Both the position numbers and the translations under genes were made by a program. Below, in pieces: positions 13,400 through 24,800 of a DNA stretch of 64,000 nt. The DNA is from Mustelus asterias (lineage: Eukaryota), in contig NC_135819.1 of NCBI RefSeq assembly GCF_964213995.1, forward strand, positions 61,566,001 to 61,630,000, in the 5' to 3' direction. Position 1 is the stretch's first letter, and each line of letters opens with the position of its first letter. The notes under the pieces are model-generated. The model was not told where the DNA came from, did no database searches, and was given only the letters and a program-made list of their open reading frames with translations.

Positions 13400-14030
13400 G
13401 AGTTTCACCGAAGCCTTTGCACCTCTGCCATGTTGTTGTCCTGAAGCCCTGGTAAAGAGAAACCTACGCCCGGATGAGTAGTGAAGCCCCATCGCATCGG
13501 GTCAACTCCAGCCCTTCTTGGCGAACACTGATGACAAGACAAGATAAAAAAGGATTAAAGGATGAGCAGCACAAAAGCTTGCAAAAATGCACCTCTACTC
13601 CCACACTTACATCATATGAACCCCCATGCCTCCCCACAGAGTCTTCTTGGAAGACTTCAGTTGGCGTTAAAAGTGTAACTTGCTTCATCATCTGTTCAGA
13701 CTACTCAGCTTTCGAAAAGTCACAGTCCTTGCTTGCCCTTGTTATGGTACCTGCTGATGAACTGATCAATTGTTTCCTGTGGCAATTGTCTGTCAGCCGT
13801 CAGCTCCAATTGGTGTATTCTAATGTTTACCTTTACACAAAGGTGATCCTTCAGCATCTTCCACAGCTTAAGAGGGTTCTTCTCATCCTCCACAGAAATG
13901 AAGTATCTATGCAACCCTTCATTTCTAATGGCTGTTCTTTTTCATTACTTTATCTGCGCTGTGAAATAAATCAGTAATGCAGCTTTCCCTCTATTTTTCA
14001 TCTGCAGTTCAGATTTTCGTCAAGCTCCTA
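13400..14030 (-). mobile_element. Decayed LTR-retrotransposon gag-like fragment
   Basis: KLWKMLKDHL...RQLPQETIDQFISR resembles Gypsy gag. Confidence 0.45.
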
Positions 14031-14345
14031 TAGAGCCATAAAATCCCTACAGTGCAGAAAGGGGCCCATCGAGTCTGCACTGACTCTCCGAAAGAGAATC
14101 CCACTCAGGCCTTTCCTTATCGCCCTAACCCTGCACATTTGCCATAGTTAATCCATCTACCTTGACATCTTTGGACACTGAGGGGCAATTTAAAATGGCC
14201 AATCCATCTAACCTGCACATCCTTGGACTGTGGGAGCACCTGCAGGAAACCCACGGAGAACATACAAACCCCACAGTCACCCAAGGCCAGAATTGAACCT
14301 GCGTGAGGCAGCAGTGTTAACCACTGTGCAACAATACTGCCCTGT
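14030..14345 (-). mobile_element. HE1-type V-SINE
   Basis: Reverse complement of the V-SINE seen elsewhere in the window. Confidence 0.8.
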
Positions 14346-14867
14346 GACTTCCATTCCAAAGAGAGGCAGTTCAAACTGGATGATCAGGTCATCCTCTCAG
14401 ATATTTTCTCGCTTTGCATGTTTTTTGTCTTTTATGTAGGAATGACATCTGAGGATGTCTTAATGGCCCTGCAGCTTTTCTGCCCAATTCAAAACCAACT
14501 ACAGTGTGTCTTAACTGATTTGCTGCTAATCGCTACTAATCCAGCTATCCCACAAATCAAGTACTCGCTTCTAAAAAGTTTTGGCTGAAAATGGATTTTC
14601 AATGAATGTGGTAACTTGAGACCACAAATAAGGTAGTTGAATGTGTTGTTTAAAAGAAGGAACTCCTTACCGAAGTTTAACAATAATGCAGTAGATCTAT
14701 GAAAACAGGAGCAACTAGCACACAGATCTTGCTTGCAGAACCCAAACTTGCAGACTGAAAAGCCCACCCAAGTCAGCGCATGCTCAGAATCCTCCACAGA
14801 TGGCAGTCAAACAATTACATAAGAGAGGCTAAGAAGAACACTGTACTCAAAATGACACTCTGTAACA

Positions 14868-14871
<4 letters not shown>

Positions 14872-14909
<38 letters not shown>

Positions 14910-14921
14910 CCCCCCCCCCCC
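14872..14921. repeat. (CT)n microsatellite plus poly-C
   Basis: Directly visible. Confidence 0.9.
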
Positions 14922-15339
14922 ACCCGCCATAACTTTTAACGCCCCCCATCAGGACAGAAATACAACGAATACAATGTCTTAACGATACAAGAGTCTAGCA
15001 GTAGCACTGGTGAATCTTGCATCGGTTGATTTGGAATCATTGGCAAGAGGTAGATTGAGAATCTGTATGTAAACCTTCCTCTTTCCTTCCCACTACAGAG
15101 TCAACTGGCAGACCTGGAACCCCACGAATGGCTTCCTGGTGATTGTCCACAGCTCAGTTGCTATTTGCTGTGGATAGACAGGGTGCTGACTCTGAAACTT
15201 TACCTGACTTGGGGTTGTACCACAAGCAAATGTGGTCTTGGAGTCTGTGATCAACTGTTCTGTTTTGAGTCTCACGACCCAAGATACAGGACCACCCAGT
15301 AACCACCTCTGGTTACCACCAACGTTTCTGATCATCCAG

Positions 15340-16260
15340 TTTGAATTGCCTCTCTTTGGAATGGAAGTAGCGTCATTCCTTCTGCTTCTCTTATCCCCTG
15401 CTTACTTTTGCTCTGAGATCTGGATGAAACAGATCAAGATGAGACTTCCGTCTTCTCCCTAACAGATTCCACTGGAGAGAGCCCAGTTGTGGATTGTGGC
15501 GTGATGTGGTACTGGGATAAAAATCTTGGGAGCATATCACCTGCCATTCTCTTCAATCCCTCCTTCACAGTTTGAACATCTCGCTCTGCCAAACCATTTG
15601 AAGCTGGATGAAACAACGTGCTACGCACTTGGTGTATACCATTCTCTTGCACACATTCCTGACACACCTCACTTGTAAACATAGTGCTGTTACCTGAAAC
15701 AAACAAACCTGGTAACCGGTGAGTTGTGAAAATGTGATGCAGCTTCTCAATTGTCACAGGAGCTGTAATATTACTCATGGTATGTGCTTCCAACTATTTC
15801 GAATGCGTATCTATGACAACCAAAAACATGTGGTTCCTGCAAAGTCCACATGCAATCTGGACCACAGCCTGTCAGGCAACTCCCAAGTAGAACCACGCAA
15901 CGTATCTAGTTCATCCTTGAACATGCCCTGATACCTTGGTCACCGTTGTGTGCTTGATCTTGTCCCAGTTCAATGGAATTTTGCTGAATCAATCATGTCT
16001 TAGCAAACCCGGCCCCTTCCCTTTCACCACAAGGAGGTGTGTTCTGGCATCTTGCCTGTTATATGCAGTATGGAGTTCCAATGTCCAAAGCAAAGGTATG
16101 GACTCTCCGGTGAATGTCCAAAGACTAATCTCTGCATATTGCACATTTCTTGTAATATGTTGATTGAGTTTATTTGAAAACTCCAACTGATATATGTACA
16201 CATTACAAGGTAGCTCAACAAACAGGTACACTCGAGAGATTCAACAACTTCCATTTGTCA
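15340..16260 (-). mobile_element. Decayed Gypsy pol fragment (integrase, protease region)
   Basis: FHPASNGLAERDVQTVKEGLKR, QYHITPQSTTGLSP; LWTFTGESIPL...LLVVKGKGPGLL. Confidence 0.8.
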
Positions 16261-16435
16261 CATCAACACCTCTAACCACTCACCCAGCACTAACTGTCTG
16301 CTGGTCACGTGCTACTTTACATCTTGACTTCATGAACATTTACATATTCTCTTAAAGTGATATCAAAACAGGCATCATGTGATGTAACTCACAAAGAAAA
16401 GATGCACGATATATTAGAGAGCAGCCTTTTAACAT

Positions 16436-16635
16436 NNNNNNNNNNNNNNNNNNNNNNNNNNNNNNNNNNNNNNNNNNNNNNNNNNNNNNNNNNNNNNNNN
16501 NNNNNNNNNNNNNNNNNNNNNNNNNNNNNNNNNNNNNNNNNNNNNNNNNNNNNNNNNNNNNNNNNNNNNNNNNNNNNNNNNNNNNNNNNNNNNNNNNNNN
16601 NNNNNNNNNNNNNNNNNNNNNNNNNNNNNNNNNNN
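16436..16635. other. Assembly gap (200 N)
   Basis: Run of N. Confidence 1.
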
Positions 16636-16867
16636 AAATGCAATATTTTCAGATTTAAGTATTCCCTTCCATTTTCTTCTACTAGCCTGGCTGGATGAAA
16701 CAGATTCTGATGTTTTCAAAGTTGAAAGCTACTTTCTTTTAACCCTTGTTTGCCCCCCCCTCCATACCACCAGCTGCTCTTTCTTCAGTGAGATCGATTT
16801 CTTGGTTTGTTCCTAGTTTGCTTCTGCTTGTGAATTCTGTGCCCCATCTCAGAGTTGTTTGAAAAGT

Positions 16868-17795
16868 TGGGTGGGATTCTCCCCAAAAAATTCGAAGTGT
16901 CGAATTCGCATAAAAACATCAAAATGAATCTTCCACACTCTGTGCATCACAGAACGCATTAGCGTGAATCATGCTGAAAATCAGTAGGTAGGGCTTATTC
17001 CTACTGGAGAGGCCGGTAATATAGTGCTGGTGGGCCACTGCGGATGCACTAATCTGTCAACGGCAAGATCGGCACACGCGCAATAGCCCCGCATTGTTGG
17101 CCTCCCAATTGCTGGCCAGCCCCACGACCCCCGCATCGCTGGCCAGCCGTGCAATCCCCATCCCCCAGTTGCTGGCCTCCCGCACGTATCCGGGCCAGCC
17201 TTGACCCCACCAGCCTTGATCTCCCCTCTCCCACCGGCAGCCCCGACTGCTGGCTTCTCTCCTTCTGTCATCAAGTCCAAGTGCAGCAAGGCAGCGGCAC
17301 ACCCCCACCCCCTGCCCCCAGAGGCCTAATGCCCAGTGGGCAGTGCCATGGTGCCCCTTTGAACATTGTCACTTTGCCCGTTTGGCAATGCCCGGGGGCT
17401 AGGCTGGCACTGCCAAGCTAGCAATGCCCAGGGGGGCACCCCCTCTTACCCCCAACCTCCTGGGGGGGCCTTGATAGCCCCCCCCCACTTCACTCCAGTG
17501 GGGTCGGGCAGCCAGTGGGGAGCTATTGTAAACCCTGCTTGAGTGAAACACTCCTGGCGGGCAGATTGGGGGGCAGAGAGGCTCGTGGGCCCGCAGATTT
17601 CTGTCCCATGCCCGTTAATGGGATGTAAATCCTAATTTAAATACATTATGCAGCACCATGCCAATTTCTGGCACGGAGCTGATGGTGCCAGAAATCCGGT
17701 GCCCGGAAACCCGCGGAGGCCGTGGCGCTCAACGGGAAGCCAGCTAAGCGGTCTCTGCTCGAGTCTCCCGGCCTGCTGCGCTGGAGGATTGCCCC
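16868..17795. mobile_element. GC-rich non-autonomous DNA transposon (Harbinger/MITE-like)
   Basis: Imperfect terminal inverted repeats gggtgggattctcc / ggaggattgcccc; no intact ORF. Confidence 0.5.
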
Positions 17796-18779
17796 AATTT
17801 TTTTGAATGTTTTTGTGAACCGGTGTTTACTGTCTCATTTTGGGTTCTGGAACTAACGTATGAGATTTACTCATCCACAGGGAGATTTTCTTTTTAATCT
17901 CAAAGAGGCTAAAATCTAGAAAATGTGAAGATCGTGGCTGGTATTAGTGAATTGATAACCTTGTCTCAGAAGCTGGGGCCTGAAGATCAGGAATGGGAGA
18001 GAATCTGCCTCTGACATTTGCTGAAAGACAGTCAGCGGTCGGTGTTCGGCCTAGTGGCTGCCACTCTGTTCTTACTGGTCACAGTAAAAGTGCAGCAGTC
18101 TGTAACAGTGGGAACTGGCACCCTCACACTAAACATGGTGATTTTTGGCCCAACTTGCACCATCTATAATTGCAACCTGTAGCTGGACACTGATACCATC
18201 AACTATTTGGGACTCCATTTTCATGATTCATCTGGGGAAGAAGCAGGAGATGGCAGTTCGTGAAAACTCATTGGACTTAGAGTTCTTTCATGAAATTAGG
18301 ATATGGCACGTGTGGGGTAGAAACATCAACAAAACTGGGTAGAATTATCTATTTGTGTTATAATGCTGTACATTTTACAGTTTATGGGATCAGTATGTGT
18401 CTGCCAATCTGGTATTTTCCTATATTCTTGCAGGATAGATAATTTTCATTCAGTATTTTTTTAATGTGTGATATGACCGTTGTCTGTTCCTTTGTGATTT
18501 TTCTTCTACATTCCTCTCATTTTATGTGAGGAGAGTGAAAGACCAGAAGGGAATTTGTGTGTAAAGGAGGGCCTCAGTAAATCTCCTCGAGTTACGTTCT
18601 AGAAACACCACCACCTCAACCCTGTGCCATGATTATAGATGTCCCCTGGTTTCCAGTGTTCTGATGACAGTCATTGACTTGAAACATTAACTCGTTTTTT
18701 CTTTCCACACATGGCTGCCTGACCTGTTACTTATTTCTGTTTTAATTCCTTGTCTCAAGGGTTCTGTGTTAAGTTGACA

Positions 18780-18887
18780 ATGGAGGACCTTGAGTCACGA
18801 TTCACTCATCTCCTTCAGCCTATTAGAGAGTTGACGAAGAACTGGGAGATTGATGTGGCAGCTCAGTTGGGGGAATATCTGGAAGAG
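18780..18887 (+). CDS. NCAPH2: NCAPH2 coding exon 1
   Basis: MEDLESRF...GEYLEE; acceptor at 18759, donor gtaag. Confidence 0.93.
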
Positions 18888-21800
18888 GTAAGGTCATTGT
18901 ATTGCTCAAAACTACTTGTTCCCTTGCGACATGAGTCAATGCCCCTTGTTGATCTGCCTATCCCCAATTCTTTCTGTTAACCTTGCTCTCATCTTTTTGT
19001 CTTCCCCTTGACATTATCCATCACATATGTAAAATTTCAAATCTAACATTCTCACGCTTGATTGTTTCGCCCCTTGAGCGATGAAGCATTTCTAAACCAA
19101 ACAGACTGCGTTTCAATTAATTAGCATCATAGGTGGATTCAAAATGCACTCCACCCAATCCTAGATTTAACCTCCCAAAATATTTGCCTATCAGTCTGAT
19201 GCCTTTGCGTGTACCTATCACAGACTGTTTAAATCAAATTAATTTAAGGTTGAATGGTTCTTCAACAAATAGCTCTGGGAGAAAGTAGAATTGAATTTTG
19301 AATATTGGCAATTTCAGTCAGTGACCAGTGAGGATAGGTTGGACAGACTGGGCTTCTTTCCATTAGAGTTTAGAAGAGTGAGGATATAAGATCCTGAATT
19401 GCCTTCACAAGGTGGACGTGAACCCCAACCCTTCTCCAGTCTGAACAACATCCATTTAATCCAATCTTGTTTCCTGTCTGTCAATTGACTTTCTGTCCAT
19501 GTGGCTACCGGGACAATCTCTCTCTCTCTCTTCCAGTTGGACCAGATCTGCATTTCCTTTGACGATGGGAAGACGACAATGAACTTTGCAGAAGCTGCAC
19601 TTTTGATCCAAGGCTCGGCGTGTATTTACAGCAGGAAGGTCTGTTCAGGCCATCCACCTCTGGTGGGGAGGGGTAATGTTTGGAAAGTGCGGGTGGGCTG
19701 GGTGCAAAGACCGTAGACCCGGCTCGGTACAAAGAACAAAGAAAATTACAGCACAGGAACAGGCCCTTCGGCCCTCCAAGCCTGCATCGACCATGCTGCC
19801 CGACTTAACTAAAACCCCCTACCCTTCCGGGGACCATATCCCTCTATTCCCATCCTATTCATGTACTTGTCAAGACGCCCCTTAAAAGTCACTATCGCAT
19901 CCGCTTCCACCACCTCCCCCGGCAACGAGTTCCAGGCACCCACTACTCTCTGTGTAAAAAATAAAATCTGCCTCGTACGCCTCCTTTAAACCTTGCCCCT
20001 CGCACCTTAAACCTGTGCCCCCGAGTAATTGACTCTTCCACCCTGGGAAAAAGCTTCTGACTATCCACTCTGTCCATGCCTCTCATAATCTTGTAGACTT
20101 CTATCAGGTCACCCCTCAACCTCTGTTGCTCCAGTGAGAACAAACCAAGTTTCTCCAACCTCTCCTCATAGCTAATGTCCTCCATACTAGGCAACATCCT
20201 GGTAAATCTTTTCTGTACACTCTCCAAAGCCTCCACATCCTTCTGGTAGTGTGGCGACCAGAATTGAACACTATATTCCAAGTACGGCCTAACTAAGGTT
20301 CTATAAAGCTGCAACATGACTTGCCAATTTTTAAACTCAATACCCCGGCCGATGAAGGCAAGCATGCTGTATGCCTTCTCCACCTGCATTGCCACTTTCA
20401 GTGACCTGTGTACCTGTGCACCCAGATCCCTCTGCTTATCAATACTCTTAAGAGTTCTGCTATTTACTGTATATTTCCTATCTGTATTAGACCTTCCAAA
20501 ATGCATTACCTCACATTTGTCCGGATTAAACTCCATCTGCCATCTCTCCGCCCAAGTCTCCAACTGATCTATATCCTGCTATATCCTCTAATGGTCCTCA
20601 TCGCTATCTGCAAATCCACCAACCTTTGTGTAGTCCGCAAACTTGCTAATCAATCCAGTTACATTTTCCTCCAAGTCATTTATATATAATCCAAACAGTG
20701 AAGGACCCAGCACTGATCCCTGAGGAACACCACTTGTCACAGCCCTCCATTCAGAAACGCACACTTCCACAGCTACCCTCTGTCTTCTTTGACCGAGCCA
20801 GTTTTGTGTCCACATTGCCAGTTCACCTCTGATCCCATGCGACTTCACCTTCTGCACCAGTCTGCCATGAGGGACCTTGTCAAAGGCCTTACTGAAGTCC
20901 ATGTAGACAACATCCACTGCCCTACCCTCATCAATCGTCTTCATCACTTCCTCGAAAAACTCAATCAAGTTCGTGAGACACGACCTGCCCTTCACAAGGG
21001 CAGGGGCATGCATGTCTTGGGGAGGAAAATTGGGACATGGCGGGTTTGGTTTGGGATGGCGGGATGGTTCTGGGAATTGATTATCCTTCATTCTTGGTAC
21101 ATTGATATTTATTAAGGTAGTGAAGTATGCCTGATGAGAGGGGCAAAGCAAAACTTTAAAAGTTGAGGTATTTAATACAAAGTTTGGAAAGGTACTTGAT
21201 CAAGTCTGCTATGGGTTTGGTCTGATAATAGCTCAGGAATTCTCCAAGTTGCTGCTGCCTGCCTTGTTGAGATTGAATTGGATGTGAGGATGTTTTCCTT
21301 TTCTCCACAGGTGGAATATCTGCATTCTCTGGTGTACCAGGCACTGGACTTGATCTCCAACAAAAAGTAAAGAACTCTTGTAATAACTAAAAAGCACCAA
21401 CCATGGATTAATGCCTTCAGGAAGCTTATGCCACGTACTCTATAAACATAAGGGTTCTGTAATCAGTACTGGATGGTGTATCATGTTATATAAACAGGTT
21501 TACGTTGATATCAGAGTATTGTGCCTAGTGGAACAATGTTTGGTAATATTTCTCTCCAAGCCGGTTATATATGTGCATACTTTGCCCAATAGTACACTGT
21601 TCATTGCAGGAGTATCCAACTAAACACTGTTAATGCAATAATGTGCTGTGTAAGTACATAAATATTACACTCCAATAATGTAATTACAGGAATGTTGCAC
21701 TCAGTAACAATTATTACAGTATTGTAAATGGTAACGGGCTGTGTGCTATAACAGCAACATTGCACCCAGCAACAATCTGTGCTGCAGTGAGGTTGTGATA

Positions 21801-24800
21801 CCCAATACAGTCTGTGTTACTAAGGAACTGTAAAACTGGGTAAAGGTCTGTTGTGTTACCAGATGTGGAAGGTTTGTTAAATAGGAGAGGATTGCTTTCT
21901 CTTTTCTCTCCAAAGTAGAATTTTTTTTATACAAAGGTGCTCTGGCTGCAGGAACTGCTTTAAATGTCATTTTTGTGTTTGCTATTTTAGGCGGAATCAA
22001 AAGGCTTCATCTGTTAGGGATGATGGTACAGATAGTGACGTGTCTTTGGCTAATGACAAGACTGATTGGGAAGTAAGGAGCATTGACTCTGGATTTACTG
22101 TTCACTAGCTATGAAATTAATTAGATATAAGTGACTCAAGTAAAATAATGATCTTTCATTTGTTTATCACCAACAATTTAAAATATCCAGGTGCTGCGAC
22201 TGTTATGGCAAGCTGTTCCATGAGATTGAGCACAGTAAGAAGTCTCACAACACCACGTTAAAGTCCAACAGGTTTATTCTAGTGAGAACTAGCTGTTCTG
22301 TCTGGAGACAATACACATCTCTTTAACCTGTGTTGAATGCTCCCTCCACCCACATTGTCGGTACCTTTAAGACCTGGCTGGTTGTAGAGATTCGCATTCT
22401 AATTAGTATTCTGTAACTTGATTTCTGTGTCTGTGCACTGTTTGAGAGCAGATATCCACTCCATCTGACGAAGGAGCAGTGCTCCGAAAGCTTATGGTAT
22501 TTGCTACCAAATAAACCTGTTGGACTTTAACCTGGTGTTGTGAGACTTCTTACTGTGCTTACCCCAGTCCAATGCCGGCATCTCCACACCATGAGACTGA
22601 AGCAGTTATTCTGATATTGAACACTGATGCGTGTGGGTGGGTTGGCGGAGGGGTGGAACTGAAGACATATGAGGCAACATTTAAATGAACCTGAAACCAA
22701 GGGGGATGAATTACTTTTCATGGTCAAAATGAACAAATATTCTTCTGTAGAAATAGGATTGTAAATTGTATCCCCTTGAGAGCTGTGCTGGGCTATGCCC
22801 CTTGGGGCCACATGGTTCAATGTCATATTGTTCATGCCTTCAGGTTCCAGCATCATAACGGTCACTGCTTTGCTGTGTACGACTGCTTCTATAATCTGTT
22901 GTAAAAGGTTAGCCGGATGAGATCTGACATAGAAAGATGGAAGATGTCACTAACTGCTGAAATCCTTGCTTTCTAGTTTTTGTCTCTTGATGATATTGAG
23001 TGTCCATCAAAAAACAACATTGATTTACAGAAGGATCACAGTTCAAATGTAAGTAACCCTTATTTATGATTCCTCAGATTTTCGACAGTGCAATGTGGTT
23101 ATCAATCGCCCCCACTCTACCCAGCACAGCACACTGCAATCTTCACTACCCTGGGTGAGAGCTGGAGTTCAACACCAGATTTCACCACAGGGAGATCCGA
23201 GGTAGGGAAGTAGTGGGTATGGACCAGAAGAGAGTGGGAATTAAAAGTAAAGGAAGGGGGAAGCCTGATCCATAGTAGGGTGGGCAATTTGCCTGTGATG
23301 TAAAGTAGAACTGACATAGGACTGAAGCTCTGGAGCAAGACCAGGCAGCGAGGAGTGGCCCAAAGAATTGACAAAAGACAGCAGGCACCTGTAATAGATG
23401 ATCAAATGACAGGGTTGGGATTAGTAGTAGGAGCTGGGGGTAGGAGAAAGGCAAAATGAAAAAAAATGGGTTTGAGCATTTGAAAAACGCAGAGCAATAT
23501 TGAAAGATGAATAAACTTGGGTAGGGAAGAACATTTGAGAGGTCACATTGGACTGAAGCGTGGGGGGGGGGGTTATAGAGATCTAACATGGGAGAGATGG
23601 AACCTTATTGCCCTATGCTTTCTTCTCTCGATGCTACAGGTTGTGACTATTATCCCACTAACGCCGATGGCACTGGTACCACTAGAAGAAATTGAGAAAA
23701 AGAACAATCCACTCTTCAGGTATGGAATTTGTTGCCCCACAGCAAATTAAGATACAGCGGATGATCCAATCAGTACGCCCCAAAGCGATAGTGTGAAAGC
23801 CTTTCTAGCTGCCAGCCATAATGGTTCCCTAAGTTTCAGGCAGCTTTATTTCAGTTGCTGGTGGAGGTTAGTTCAGTGCAACAAACTGGATAATGTATGG
23901 CCGTTTGATACTAAATTAGCAATTGACTAGCTGGAGAAATGGAGGTGTCACATTCTTATAATACAATGTGTTTCCGAGTCTGGAATTAGTGATTTGGGAC
24001 TTTACTTTGTATATAACCCATACTATACCTGCCCTGGAGATGTTTGATTGGATCACATTGAGGAAGCTTACTCTCTATCCAACCTGTGCTGTTCCTTGCT
24101 CTGGGAGTGTTTGATGCTGAGATTGGGTTCAGTTTAAGCTTACTTCATTTGCCAGCACTGATGCTTTACATCTGGAGAACAGTAAATGTCTTAGATTTGG
24201 GGTATATTGATGTTGAATGCTACGTAGCCTGGTGAGGTATAGTCTCTGAGGCAAGTGACCACCTGCTGACTGGTGTTATACTGAATCACATGGCATAGGA
24301 AAGTTACAGGTTACCTTCTCTGCTAATCTCTGCTGTCTCTGGTTAATTAGAAGGAACAAGAACAGTATATCCACCTGGTAATCTGTTGTGGTAAGCATGT
24401 ATGGATGTTGAGTGAGGAAAGGGTGAGGATTGGGCTCAGGGTTGGGTCTCATCCTTCCACATTTGGACAAGGTGTTAATACTGTCTTGCCTTCCCTTTCC
24501 AGAGGTAGAGAGCCAAGGAACTGGACTTTGTCAGGCACAATGGAAGGGGCTTGGGGAGGGGACAGGACAGCACAGCAATGTGGAGGATTTGAAGAAAACA
24601 CGAGCATTTGCCACCCGTTGTGTTAAAAAAGAAAGTTCCTCCTTACATCCGCATTATGTCCTTGCCCAAAACCTTAAATCTATGTCCTCTAGTCCTTGTA
24701 CCATTAGCCAGTGGGAATATCTTTTCTTTCTCCACCTCAAGGACCTGTTATAACCTTGTACATCTCTATCAAATCTCTCCTTTATTCCAAGGAGAACAGC

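Noticed and set aside
16357-16719. ORFs containing runs of X
   Set aside because: Artefacts of the 200-N gap
21128-21165. cCTGATGAg sequence resembling a hammerhead core
   Set aside because: No convincing stem II or GAAA box follows
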